Positions 9,679 through 19,127 of a DNA stretch of 64,000 bases are shown one piece after another. Location of the stretch: contig JBFGLM010000016.1 in assembly GCA_041576165.1 (NCBI GenBank), forward strand, positions 1 through 64,000, in the 5' to 3' direction. Below the pieces are notes generated by a model. It did no database searches and had not been told where the DNA came from. It was given only the letters and a program-made list of their open reading frames with translations. Each line of letters opens with the position of its first letter. Position 1 is the first letter of the stretch. Both the position numbers and the translations under genes were made by a program. Source of the DNA: Acidimicrobiia bacterium. Lineage in GTDB: Bacteria; Actinomycetota; Acidimicrobiia; Spongiisociales; Spongiisociaceae.

Positions 9679-11447
9679 GTCGTGTCCCGATCGTTCGGTT
9701 CCTGGCGCTTGGCCCGCTCCAAAGCTATCAACTCTTGAAAGATGTCGGAATACGAATCGTCCCCCGGGTCGAGTTCGGCCAGGCGGCGCCGCAACTCGTC
9801 GATCTGATCGTCCATGCGATACCGCTCAAGCCGGGCGATGAGAGCGTGGGCATCACCCAACGGATCTGTTGTCAACGCCAGCCGGCGTAGAAGCGCAGCC
9901 GAGGAGTCCTCCTCGATACGAGATATGTTCAGCGGCGTACCGACCGGGGTGTCGATTCCCAGCAGCCGCACTGCGGCCTCGCGGTGGGCGGCACGGTCGA
10001 ACATCTCGGGATGGACCCGCCCGGCCAGATCGTGCTCGTTGGCCAGCATCACTCGCAGCAGTTGTTGCTCGGCGCGGTCCCGCCCGGTGAGCTGGGCCGG
10101 AATCTCAGGCGACCCCGCCCCTTCTTCCAACTCGGGCTCCGGCACGGGCCGGCGCGGCCGCCCGGTCCGCTCCACCGCCTCCAGTATCGGGTCCAGGTCG
10201 GTGCCGGTTTCCCGGGCGACGAAGCGGGCGTACTCCCGGCGGGCCAGTGCATCCAGCTGGCGCGCGATCAGCGGGATCACAGCCCGTATCGCCCGGGCGC
10301 GGTCCTCGGGTTCGGCCAGGTTGTGACGCTCCAGCTCACGTTCAATCCGGAACTGCAGCATGGGCGTCGAGTTGTCAACGGCGGTGCGGAGCTCGGCGAC
10401 CCGGTCCTGCTGAACCAGCTCGGCCGGGTCCAGCCCGTCGGGCATGACTGCGACCCGTAGGTCGAGACTTAGCTCAGCAGGCAGCCGGAGCTCATCGCCC
10501 CGGGTGGCCGCTCCGGCCCCTGCGCTGTCGGCGTCGAACGCCAGCACAATGCGGTCGGCGAAGCGCCGCAGCAGATCAAAATGATCCTCGCCCAGCGCGG
10601 TTCCACATGTCGCCACCGCCCGCGGGTAGTCGGCCAGATGCAGAGCGATGACATCCGTATACCCCTCTACCACGACCGCGTATCCGGCCCGGCTGATGTC
10701 AGACTTCGCTCGATCCAACCCGTACAGCAGCTTGGCTTTGTGATACAGCCGCGTCTCAGGCGAGTTCAGATACTTGGCGCCCTCCCCTCGCAGCAGCCGC
10801 GCCCCAAAGCCGACCGGATCGCCCCGCATATCCCGGATTGGGAACATCAGCCGCCCCCGAAACTGGTCGTACAGCTTGCCGCCCCTCCCCCGTTTGGCCA
10901 GCCCGGCGCCGGTCATGACCTGATCCCGTACCCCTTGTGCTCGAAGATGCTTGGTGAGCAGATCCCACTCTTCAGGTGAATATCCGATCTCGAACTCGTC
11001 GATCACGTCGACGCCGTATCCCCGGCTCCGCACGTAAGAGCGAGCATGACCTGCATCCGCCCCCTGCTTCAGCCGCTGCTGATAGAAACGCATGGCTTCC
11101 CGGACCGCCTGGACCATGTCCTGGCGCTCGCTCTGCCGTTTCGCCGCTCCCGGATCGCGCCGGACGGTGACGCCTGCCCGGGCGGCCAGCCACTCGACGG
11201 CTTCGTTGAACCCGAGGCCTTGGGTTGCCATCACGAATTTGAAGACGTCACCGCCTTCTCCGCACCCGAAACAGTGGTATAGCCCCCGAGCTTTGTCGAG
11301 GGACATCGAAGGGGTCTTCTCCTGATGGAAAGGGCACACGGCCATGAACGTCCGGCCTTGGCGACGGACCGTGGTGACGCCCTCAATCAGCTCGATCAGG
11401 TCGGTTGCCTGGCGGACACGCTCGATGTCATCTCTGTCCATGGCCAT
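9675..11447 (-). CDS. dnaG: DNA primase
   Basis: [10 protein letters not shown] Zn finger, [24 protein letters not shown]; start chosen from TACACT-7nt-ATG. Confidence 0.96.
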   Translation of the reverse strand: MAMDRDDIERVRQATDLIELIEGVTTVRRQGRTFMAVCPFHQEKTPSMSLDKARGLYHCFGCGEGGDVFKFVMATQGLGFNEAVEWLAARAGVTVRRDPGAAKRQSERQDMVQAVREAMRFYQQRLKQGADAGHARSYVRSRGYGVDVIDEFEIGYSPEEWDLLTKHLRAQGVRDQVMTGAGLAKRGRGGKLYDQFRGRLMFPIRDMRGDPVGFGARLLRGEGAKYLNSPETRLYHKAKLLYGLDRAKSDISRAGYAVVVEGYTDVIALHLADYPRAVATCGTALGEDHFDLLRRFADRIVLAFDADSAGAGAATRGDELRLPAELSLDLRVAVMPDGLDPAELVQQDRVAELRTAVDNSTPMLQFRIERELERHNLAEPEDRARAIRAVIPLIARQLDALARREYARFVARETGTDLDPILEAVERTGRPRRPVPEPELEEGAGSPEIPAQLTGRDRAEQQLLRVMLANEHDLAGRVHPEMFDRAAHREAAVRLLGIDTPVGTPLNISRIEEDSSAALLRRLALTTDPLGDAHALIARLERYRMDDQIDELRRRLAELDPGDDSYSDIFQELIALERAKRQEPNDRDTT

Positions 11448-11625
11448 CGTGGCGAGTGTAGGACGAAGCTGAGTCACCCTACTGGCAGCCACCCGACCGC
11501 CATTCCCAAGGGGTTCCAGATTTGGGTAATAAGGAGCCCCGTACCCTCCCGGATGGGTTTAGCGTTTACATAAGGGAAGGCGTGGCTGCCGTGGCGGAAG
11601 GCGGATCGGGCGGGGGGCCCGAGGA

Positions 11626-12195
11626 GTGTCTACCGGTTCTCGGCAGAGAAAGGGGCACTCGACCATGACGATGATGGAGGCTCGTCAGCGTCACCATGGT
11701 TCGCTTCACATCTCCCCCGGCAGTGAAGGTTTGCGAGCCACGATCGACATCACCAAATCGCAAGTGGTTATCGCGATAGAGCGGGGCGACTCATTTGCGT
11801 ATGGCCGCGGTCAAGTCGAGGGGCGGGTGTTCGATTCGCGCACCGTCCTCCTCAACATCGTGGGCGACGACGACCTCTACTTCGTCGCAGACGACCCCTT
11901 CTTGTTCACGGCCAAAGCGATGCCGGAGCTGCGGGCGGATTGTGACCCGGATGACCCGGCTGAGCCGCCAGTGAATGGATCGGATGCAGTCTCCCGCCGG
12001 CTGCCGGTAATCGGCGCCACCATCCAGCCGGCCAAGTCACCGAACCCGTCGCTCGTGCCGGCCTCCCGCCACAAGCGCCGCGACCGGGCCCGGGCCACTT
12101 GCGGTCACCAATGGAGATCGCTCAGCATCGCCGGCGGCCTCGTCCGCCGTGTATGCAACGACTGCGGCGTCGTGTCGATAGATCTGAGCGAGTGA
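11626..12195 (+). CDS. Hypothetical protein with C-terminal Zn-ribbon-like motif
   Basis: 189-aa ORF (start may be 11665-11674); ends CGHQW...RRVCNDCGVVSIDL. Confidence 0.65.
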   Translation: MSTGSRQRKGHSTMTMMEARQRHHGSLHISPGSEGLRATIDITKSQVVIAIERGDSFAYGRGQVEGRVFDSRTVLLNIVGDDDLYFVADDPFLFTAKAMPELRADCDPDDPAEPPVNGSDAVSRRLPVIGATIQPAKSPNPSLVPASRHKRRDRARATCGHQWRSLSIAGGLVRRVCNDCGVVSIDLSE

Positions 12196-12196
12196 T

Positions 12197-13210
12197 TCAC
12201 TCCGGCGCCGGGCCGGTGGTACCGCGAGGAATCACACTCACGGGCAGCTCAACCCAGTCCGCGTCAACCCGTTCTTCTCTGCTCAGAGCGTCGATCAGCC
12301 ACTGAGCCGCCTGGCGCCCACTCTCGAACAACGCCTGGTCAACAGTGGTGAGGCCCACATGGAGCGATGTGTCGATGTTGTCAAAGCCCACCACGGACAG
12401 TTGCTCGGGAACCCGAAGGTCCCGGGACCTCGCCGCCTCCAGAACACCCAGGGCGATCTTGTCCGAGGAAGCAAAGATCGCAGTAGGCCGGTCCCGTCCG
12501 TCCAGCAACTGGCTGGCCAGCTCGCGAGCGTTGGCCTGCCCGGCCGGTCCGTTGGCGACGATCCCGGCCGCCGGATGCAACCCCGCCTCCCCCATCGCCC
12601 GCTCATATCCGACCTGACGCATGGCCGCCGGGGAATAGTCGAACGGCGCAGCCTCCGAGTCCCCAATGAACAGTATGCTCCGATGGCCGAGGTCAAGCAG
12701 GTGGCCGGCCGCCAGATATCCGCCCTTTTCGTTGTCCACGTAGAAGCTCTGCATGCCTTCGGCCTGCCCATCAACGATTGCAGCCGGGACCGAGGACGTC
12801 ACGAATCGTGACCGCTCCTCCTCCGTGAGGGGCAAGGACACCAGTAGGAAGCCGGCGGCCATGTCGCGCCGCGGCATGGAACCGATGCGCTCGTCGCGTT
12901 GCGACTTCGACTCGATGCTGTACAACACGATGTCCCACTCGCTGTCGTTCAGCACCGAGACGACGCCACGGAGGCGCTCGACGAAAGAGGGTTCCGTGAA
13001 GAAGGGCACCGCCAGGCCGATGGAGTTGGTGGTGCCCCGCGAGAGGCCACGCGCCAGGCGGGACGGGCGATAATCCAGCTCTTCGATTGCGGCCAGAACC
13101 CGCTCGCGGGTGGCGTCGCTGACCCGAGGACTGTTGTTGAGCACGCGCGACACGGTGCTGACGCCCACGCCGGCCCGTTGGGCGACGTCGAATATGGTCG
13201 CAACGGCCAA
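12197..13210 (-). CDS. LacI-family transcriptional regulator
   Basis: TIFDVAQRAGVGVSTVSRVLN HTH; TTG start with GGAGG SD. Confidence 0.95.
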   Translation of the reverse strand: MAVATIFDVAQRAGVGVSTVSRVLNNSPRVSDATRERVLAAIEELDYRPSRLARGLSRGTTNSIGLAVPFFTEPSFVERLRGVVSVLNDSEWDIVLYSIESKSQRDERIGSMPRRDMAAGFLLVSLPLTEEERSRFVTSSVPAAIVDGQAEGMQSFYVDNEKGGYLAAGHLLDLGHRSILFIGDSEAAPFDYSPAAMRQVGYERAMGEAGLHPAAGIVANGPAGQANARELASQLLDGRDRPTAIFASSDKIALGVLEAARSRDLRVPEQLSVVGFDNIDTSLHVGLTTVDQALFESGRQAAQWLIDALSREERVDADWVELPVSVIPRGTTGPAPE

Positions 13211-13245
13211 GCGGTCCCCTCCTGATACCCAGCCACCCCAAGCCG

Positions 13246-13289
13246 TGGAAACGGTTCCAAACCGTACAAACCAGGCGGCGGACTGTCAA
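13246..13289 (-). promoter_or_regulatory. sigma70 promoter TTGACA-17-TACGGT with adjacent LacI-type operator TGGAACCGTTTCCA
   Basis: -35 at 13284-13289, -10 at 13261-13266, near-palindrome 13246-13259 over the predicted TSS. Confidence 0.75.
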
Positions 13290-13319
13290 CGCGCACCGGC
13301 TGTTGCCCTCGACCGCGCC

Positions 13320-14627
13320 TCAGGTGAGGCGTTCTTCCAGGTAATGGGAAAGCCGGTCGATCGACACGCGGTCCTGTTCCATGGTGTCGCGGTCGCGCAC
13401 CGTTACGGCCTGGTCCTCGATGCTGTCGAAGTCGTATGTCACGCAGTACGGGGTTCCGATCTCATCCTGACGGCGATATCGCCGGCCGATTGCTTGGGTG
13501 ACGTCGTACTCCAGCATGAATCTCTTGCGCAGGTCTTCGGCAATCCTGGCCGACGGCTCCACCAGCTCCGATTTCTTCGACAGCGGCAGCACGGCTAGCT
13601 GATAGGGAGCGAGCCGGTGGTGCAACCGCAGCACAGTGCGTCGCTCCCCCCTCACCTCTTCCTCGTGATACCCGTCGATCAGGAACGCGAAAGTGGTGCG
13701 GGTGGCCCCGGCGGCCGGTTCGATCACATAAGGGAACAGCCGCTCATCGGTTTCTTGGTCGAAATAGCGCAGATCCACGCCGCTGTGCTCCGTGTGTTGC
13801 TTCAAGTCGAAGTCGGTACGGTTGGCGATGCCCTCCAGCTCATCCCAACCCCAGGGAAAGAGATACTCGACATCGACCGTGCCCGCGCTGTAGTGCGAAA
13901 GCTCATCATTGGTGTGGGGGCGGATCCGAAGGTGCTCCGGGTCGATCCCCAGGTCGATGTACCACTGCCGCCGGATATCGATCCACCGCTCAAACCAGTC
14001 GTTCGCTTCGTCGGGATGGCAGAAGAACTCCATCTCCATCTGCTCGAATTCCCGGGTCCGGAAAACAAACTGGCCGGGAGTGATCTCGTTGCGGAATGAC
14101 TTGCCGATCTGAGCGATACCGAACGGCAGTTTCAGCCGGTTGGTCCTGCGAACGTTTTCGTAGTTGATGAAGATGCCCTGCGCTGTCTCCGGGCGCAAAT
14201 AGACCATGTTCTCGTCAGACTCGACCGGACCCATGTGCGTCCGAAACATCAGGTTGAACTGTTTGGGATCGGTCAGCGTGTCACGGTTCCCGCACGTGGG
14301 GCACCGCTCTGGATCGTCCAGCTTGTCCAGCCGATGCCGCGCATTGCACTCCCGGCATTCGACCAATGGATCGGTGAACACAGACTCGTGGCCCGAGGCC
14401 ACCCATACTTGGCGGGCCTGGAGGATCGCCGTGTCGATGCCGACGATGTCGGCCCGCTCCTGCACCAACGCCCGCCACCACGCTTCCTTGACGTTGCGGA
14501 GCAGGTTGACGCCCACCGGCCCATAGTCGTAGGCGGAGCGCAGCCCGCCGTATATCTCCGAGGACGCAAATACGAAGCCGCGCTTCTTGGCGAGGTTGAC
14601 GATTGTGTCGAATGATGGTCGTGTCAT
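13320..14627 (-). CDS. glyQS: Glycine--tRNA ligase (homodimeric type)
   Basis: YDYGPVG, LRPETAQGIF, FRNEITP, IEPAAG, RRYRRQDEIGTP. Confidence 0.96.
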   Translation of the reverse strand: MTRPSFDTIVNLAKKRGFVFASSEIYGGLRSAYDYGPVGVNLLRNVKEAWWRALVQERADIVGIDTAILQARQVWVASGHESVFTDPLVECRECNARHRLDKLDDPERCPTCGNRDTLTDPKQFNLMFRTHMGPVESDENMVYLRPETAQGIFINYENVRRTNRLKLPFGIAQIGKSFRNEITPGQFVFRTREFEQMEMEFFCHPDEANDWFERWIDIRRQWYIDLGIDPEHLRIRPHTNDELSHYSAGTVDVEYLFPWGWDELEGIANRTDFDLKQHTEHSGVDLRYFDQETDERLFPYVIEPAAGATRTTFAFLIDGYHEEEVRGERRTVLRLHHRLAPYQLAVLPLSKKSELVEPSARIAEDLRKRFMLEYDVTQAIGRRYRRQDEIGTPYCVTYDFDSIEDQAVTVRDRDTMEQDRVSIDRLSHYLEERLT

Positions 14628-14682
14628 GATGGGCAACGGCGCCGGATCATACCTTGCGAGCCGGGTCCATCCGCCGTTGTCA

Positions 14683-15441
14683 TCAGCCCGGTCCCCGCAC
14701 GTCCCGGGCGCCCCCGAACCGCCGGTGGCGCTGCTGGTACTCGACCAGGCAATCCACCAGGGTCTGTTGACCGAAGTCGGGCCACAGGACCGGCGTGAAT
14801 ACGAGCTCCGCATATGCCGAGCCCCACAGGAGAAAGTTGGACAGCCGGTGCTCGCCCGAGGTGCGAATTATCACGTCTGGGTCGGGCATCTCAGGCACGT
14901 ACAGATGCCGGGCAATCATCAAGTCATCGATCTCATCGGGGGCGAGACCCCCGTCCGCCACCCGCTGCGCCAGCCTCCGCACCGACCGGACCAGCTCCTG
15001 CCGCCCCCCGTAGTTGAACGCAAACACCATGTTGAGCCGGGTGTTGTCCTTGGTCAGCTCCACCGCATCGGCCATGCGTTCCCGGTTGCGATCCGGGATC
15101 CGCGGGTCCTCCAACTCCCCGGCGAACCACATCCGCACGCCCTTCTGGTGCATCTCGTCCCGCCGCCGGAGCAGCAGATCCTCATTGAAGAACATCAGGA
15201 ACTCGACTTCTGCCGGATCCCGCGCCCAGTTCTCCGTCGAGAACGTGTACGCCGACACCCACGGCACCCCCAACGCGAGGGCGCCGTCGATGGTGTCCAC
15301 CAGGGCGGCTTCGCCTGCCGCGTGTCCGGCGGTGCGCTCCAGCCCCCGCTGGTTGGCCCAGCGGCCGTTCCCATCGAGGATCAGCCCGACGTGGGTCGGC
15401 AGCCGAGCCAGATCCAAGCCGTCAAGATCGAGGTCACTCAT
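14683..15441 (-). CDS. uppS: Polyprenyl (undecaprenyl) diphosphate synthase
   Basis: ILDGNGRWA, FSTENW, NYGGR, IRTSGEHRLSNFLLW. Confidence 0.96.
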   Translation of the reverse strand: MSDLDLDGLDLARLPTHVGLILDGNGRWANQRGLERTAGHAAGEAALVDTIDGALALGVPWVSAYTFSTENWARDPAEVEFLMFFNEDLLLRRRDEMHQKGVRMWFAGELEDPRIPDRNRERMADAVELTKDNTRLNMVFAFNYGGRQELVRSVRRLAQRVADGGLAPDEIDDLMIARHLYVPEMPDPDVIIRTSGEHRLSNFLLWGSAYAELVFTPVLWPDFGQQTLVDCLVEYQQRHRRFGGARDVRGPG

Positions 15442-16153
15442 TCAGTACGGCCAAGCTCGAGAGTTGCTGGTCGATGTGGTACTCCACGAAGCGCCGAGTC
15501 ACGCCCATCGCCTCTCCGGCCAGCCCGCTATCGGTCGGTGGCAGCTCCTCGAAGTCGGCCCGGGCCAGCTGTGCCAGATAGGGGGTGAGACCGGGCCGCA
15601 GCTTGGCAGCCCCTTCACCGCGGCAGTCGTCGCACACCACGCCGCCGGCCGACAAGCTGAAGCGGTTCAGTTGATCGCCGCGGCCACAACTTGCGCAGTG
15701 TTCGAGCGCCGGCGCAAACCCGATCGCCCCGGCCAACTTCAGCAGGTACGAGGTGACCAGATCATGTCCCCGGACACCGTTCTCCAGGCTTCGGAGGCCG
15801 CGCTGTAGGAGGAGAAACAAGCGGTGGGCCGGTTCGTGCTCCTGGGCCACCGCGTCAACGCCCTCCACCATGGTCGAAGCGACGAGGACGGCATCCAGGT
15901 CGCCCCGGAGACGGGGGAAGCTGGCGATGACCGAAACCTGAGTGATCGTGTCGAGGTTGCGGCCTTCATAGAGGATGAGATCGACGTGAGTGAACGGTTC
16001 CAGGCGGCCGCCAAACCGGGATTTGGTTTTGCGCACCCCCTTGGCGACGGTGCGGAGCTTGCCGTGGTTGGGGCTGAGCAGCACCACCACCCGGTCGGCC
16101 TCCCCGAACGGGTAACCCCGCAGCACGATGCCTTGGTCATTCCGAAGCGCCAC
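15434..16153 (-). CDS. recO: DNA repair protein RecO
   Basis: GEADRVV...AKGVRKTKSRFGGRLEPF; CxxC...CxxC; leaderless TAACTT-7nt-GTG. Confidence 0.94.
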   Translation of the reverse strand: MALRNDQGIVLRGYPFGEADRVVVLLSPNHGKLRTVAKGVRKTKSRFGGRLEPFTHVDLILYEGRNLDTITQVSVIASFPRLRGDLDAVLVASTMVEGVDAVAQEHEPAHRLFLLLQRGLRSLENGVRGHDLVTSYLLKLAGAIGFAPALEHCASCGRGDQLNRFSLSAGGVVCDDCRGEGAAKLRPGLTPYLAQLARADFEELPPTDSGLAGEAMGVTRRFVEYHIDQQLSSLAVLNE

Positions 16154-16268
16154 AGCGGATAAGTTAGCGCCGGCCGCACGCCCCGCCGCGCACGGCACGG
16201 AGCCGGAGCAATCCCGACCACGGCTCAGCCGTAGCCACAGCCGGGCCGGCCTGCCACAATCTGGGCTC

Positions 16269-16550
16269 ATGGGACTGCTCAGCGACGACGAACGTACGCA
16301 ACTAACGGCAGAGCGGAGCGATTGGACCGTCGGGACGGCCTCGATGGAACGAACTTTCACCTTCGACGACTTCGTTGGCGCCATGGGTTTCGTGAGCCAG
16401 GTGGCACTCTTGGCGGAAAAGGCGTTCCATCATCCCGACATCGACATCCGCTGGAACCGGGTGACGCTGGTGCTCAGCACACATTCTGAAGGGGGTCTTA
16501 CCTCCCAGGACGCCGAGCTGGCCGCCGCGATCGACCGTATCGCCGGCTGA
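16269..16550 (+). CDS. phhB: Pterin-4-alpha-carbinolamine dehydratase
   Basis: AEKAFHHPDIDIRWNRV...THSEGGLT. Confidence 0.92.
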   Translation: MGLLSDDERTQLTAERSDWTVGTASMERTFTFDDFVGAMGFVSQVALLAEKAFHHPDIDIRWNRVTLVLSTHSEGGLTSQDAELAAAIDRIAG

Positions 16551-16565
16551 CCGCTGCTACTGCGG

Positions 16566-17456
16566 TCAGTGGTCGAAGCCCATACGGTCGAGCATCTGCG
16601 GTCGCCGCTGCCAGTCCTTCTCGACCGCAACCCGCAGCGCCAGATGCACCCGGCTGCCGAACAGCGCCTCCAGCTCGGCGCGGGCCTCGGCTCCCGCCGC
16701 GGCCAGCACCGACCCACCCTTGCCGATCACGATCCCCTTCTGCGACGGCCGCTCCACCAGGATCTGAGCGTCGATCATCACCAGTCCATCCTCACGTGTC
16801 TCCATGTTCGTGGTGCGGACTGCGAGAGAATGTGGGAGTTCCTCGCGCAGGCGGGACAGGAATTTCTCCCGCACTAGCTCCGCTATCAGCAGCTCTTCGG
16901 GCTGATCGGTGGTCGAATCCGGTGGAAAATACATCGGACCCTCCGGGACACGCTCGACCAGTTCGGCGGTGAGCGTCTTCACCCCATCGCCAGTTGCGGC
17001 GCTCAGCGGAACGTAGGCCGCGAAATCCCATTCGGCCGCCTCGACCAATCGCTCGACCACATCACTCTTGCCAGCGATGTCGGTCTTGTTGACGACCACG
17101 ATCGTTTCTGCGTTCGCTCCCGCCAGCCGCTCTGCGATCAATCGATCACCAGGACCGACCCGCTGGGTGGCGTCGAGCACGAACACCACCGCGTCCACCT
17201 CGGCCAGGGTGCCGTAGACGATGGCGTTGAGCCGCTCCCCCAACGCGTTCTTCGGCTTGTGGAGCCCGGGGGTGTCAACCAACACTATCTGGGCGGTGGG
17301 TTCCGCCTCGCCCAGGGTGACCACCCCCCGAATGGCGTTGCGAGTGGTTTGGGGACGGGACGAAGTGATCGCCACCTTGGATCCAACCAAAGCGTTGACC
17401 AGGGTGGATTTACCGACGTTGGGCCGCCCGACGACTGCGACGAACCCCGACCTCAC
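16566..17456 (-). CDS. era: GTPase Era
   Basis: GRPNVGKST, PQTTR, DTPG, NKTD, KH domain. Confidence 0.97.
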   Translation of the reverse strand: MRSGFVAVVGRPNVGKSTLVNALVGSKVAITSSRPQTTRNAIRGVVTLGEAEPTAQIVLVDTPGLHKPKNALGERLNAIVYGTLAEVDAVVFVLDATQRVGPGDRLIAERLAGANAETIVVVNKTDIAGKSDVVERLVEAAEWDFAAYVPLSAATGDGVKTLTAELVERVPEGPMYFPPDSTTDQPEELLIAELVREKFLSRLREELPHSLAVRTTNMETREDGLVMIDAQILVERPSQKGIVIGKGGSVLAAAGAEARAELEALFGSRVHLALRVAVEKDWQRRPQMLDRMGFDH

Positions 17457-18658
17457 GCCTGCTCGAGTTCAGCCCGCGGCAGGGCTCCCAGGCTCACCCT
17501 CACCCGGCCAACTCGGCGGCCCTGGACCCTCTCGGCCACCAGGATCACGCCGTCGTGCTCGAATTGTTCTCCCTCGATCGGGACCCGGCCGGCAAGTTCC
17601 AGGACGAGGCCGGCGACCGTGTCCCACTCCTCATCCGGAAAATCGGTCCCCAGCAGTGCGTTGAGATCGTCAACACTCAAACGCCCGTCGACGATCCACC
17701 CGCCGTCCACTACCTCGACCAGCGGCGCTTCGGTGTCGTACTCGTCAACGATCTCGCCGACGAGTTCCTCCAGCAGGTCCTCGATGGTCACCAGGCCGGC
17801 CGTACCGCCAAACTCGTCTACCACCACAGCGAGGTGAGTCTGGTTCAGCTGCATCTCGCGCAAGAGGGCCGCGACCAGCTTCGTCTCCGGCACGTAATAG
17901 GGTTCCCGCATCAGGCTGCTCACCTGCACCGGTCCGCCGCCCTCGTCCATCAGCTTGAGCAGGTCCTTCGCATAAACCATGCCGACGATGTCGTCGGGGC
18001 CGTCGCCGAGGACCGGGATCCGTGAGAATCCGTGTTCGACCACCAGGTCCAGCATGTCCTCGCTGGAACGCGTTTGTTCAATGGTGACCATGTCGGTGCG
18101 GGGAACCATCACTTCCCGCACCAGCGTGTCGGAAAACTCGATGACCGACGAGATGAGATCGATCTCTCGGCGGTCGTCGACGTCGTGTTGCTCTGCATCC
18201 TCGGCCGGGCCTTCGTCGTCTTCGAAGTCGCTGACCATGTCAGCTGCGCGAGCACCAATTCGGGTCGCGAGATCGAGCAACCTCGACAGCCGGTACGCCA
18301 GCGCCCGAGGACGGTGACGCCCGAACCCACGTGGCAGCAGTTCGCCCAGGAACACCACCGCCACAGCGAGCGCCACGAGAGCACCGGCTAGTAGCCAGCC
18401 GCTGAGCAGCGCCGTGAGGGCCCAGGCGGCAGGCAGCGTGGCCGCCACCAGCATCGCGGCATGGACCACAGAGATGGCGGGTTGAAGGCGTACGCGATCC
18501 TCCAGCAGATGCGCAACGCGGGCGGCCGCCGCGTTATCCGCCGCTGCATCCCGCAGGGCGTCGGCCCGCGGTGTCCTGATCAACGACGCCCCACCCGCTC
18601 GCAGCGCGCCAGCGAATACGAGCAGCACTCCGGACAGAACGAACGCAAGCGGCGTCAT
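17453..18658 (-). CDS. Hemolysin/CNNM (CorC-like) CBS-domain membrane protein
   Basis: VREVMVPRTDM, FSRIPV, VVDEFGGTAGLVTIEDLLEELVGEI. Confidence 0.92.
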   Translation of the reverse strand: MTPLAFVLSGVLLVFAGALRAGGASLIRTPRADALRDAAADNAAAARVAHLLEDRVRLQPAISVVHAAMLVAATLPAAWALTALLSGWLLAGALVALAVAVVFLGELLPRGFGRHRPRALAYRLSRLLDLATRIGARAADMVSDFEDDEGPAEDAEQHDVDDRREIDLISSVIEFSDTLVREVMVPRTDMVTIEQTRSSEDMLDLVVEHGFSRIPVLGDGPDDIVGMVYAKDLLKLMDEGGGPVQVSSLMREPYYVPETKLVAALLREMQLNQTHLAVVVDEFGGTAGLVTIEDLLEELVGEIVDEYDTEAPLVEVVDGGWIVDGRLSVDDLNALLGTDFPDEEWDTVAGLVLELAGRVPIEGEQFEHDGVILVAERVQGRRVGRVRVSLGALPRAELEQA

Positions 18659-19113
18659 CGGACTCCCGCCAGGTCGAGCAACACCCGCTCACGGTCTTCC
18701 ATCTGCCGGGCGTTCTCGTCCTGGTCATGGTCGTAGCCGAGCAGATGGAGCAAGCCGTGCACGACCATGAGCGATAACTCCTCGTGGAATCCCACGTCGA
18801 GTTGCTCCGACTGCGCCGACACATAGGAAGGCGAGATCACGACGTCGCCGAGGTTCAGCGGGGGCTGGCCCGGGTTGCGAGCGGGAACGGCGCCGGGGGT
18901 CAGGGACTCGAGCGGAAAGGCGAGGACATCGGTGGGACCGGAGCGGCCCATGAAGCGCTCGTTGTATTCCGCCATTTGCTGCTCGCTGACGAACAGCAGC
19001 GACACCTCAGTGTCATCAGGCAGTGATTCCTCACGGAGGACGAGGTCAGCAAGCTCGCGAAGCGCCTCGGTAGATAAAGGAACGTCTTGTTCGTCGGCCA
19101 CGAATATGTGCAC
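18655..19113 (-). CDS. ybeY: rRNA maturation RNase YbeY
   Basis: PTDVLAFP, HGLLHLLGYDH. Confidence 0.96.
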   Translation of the reverse strand: MHIFVADEQDVPLSTEALRELADLVLREESLPDDTEVSLLFVSEQQMAEYNERFMGRSGPTDVLAFPLESLTPGAVPARNPGQPPLNLGDVVISPSYVSAQSEQLDVGFHEELSLMVVHGLLHLLGYDHDQDENARQMEDRERVLLDLAGVR

Positions 19114-19127
19114 GGTCCTGACCCAGG

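Noticed and set aside
11505-11570. Resemblance to c-di-AMP (ydaO) or c-di-GMP-I riboswitches
   Set aside because: Only fragments match; the GCUGAA/CCGUCAGCUAA and GCAAA cores are absent.
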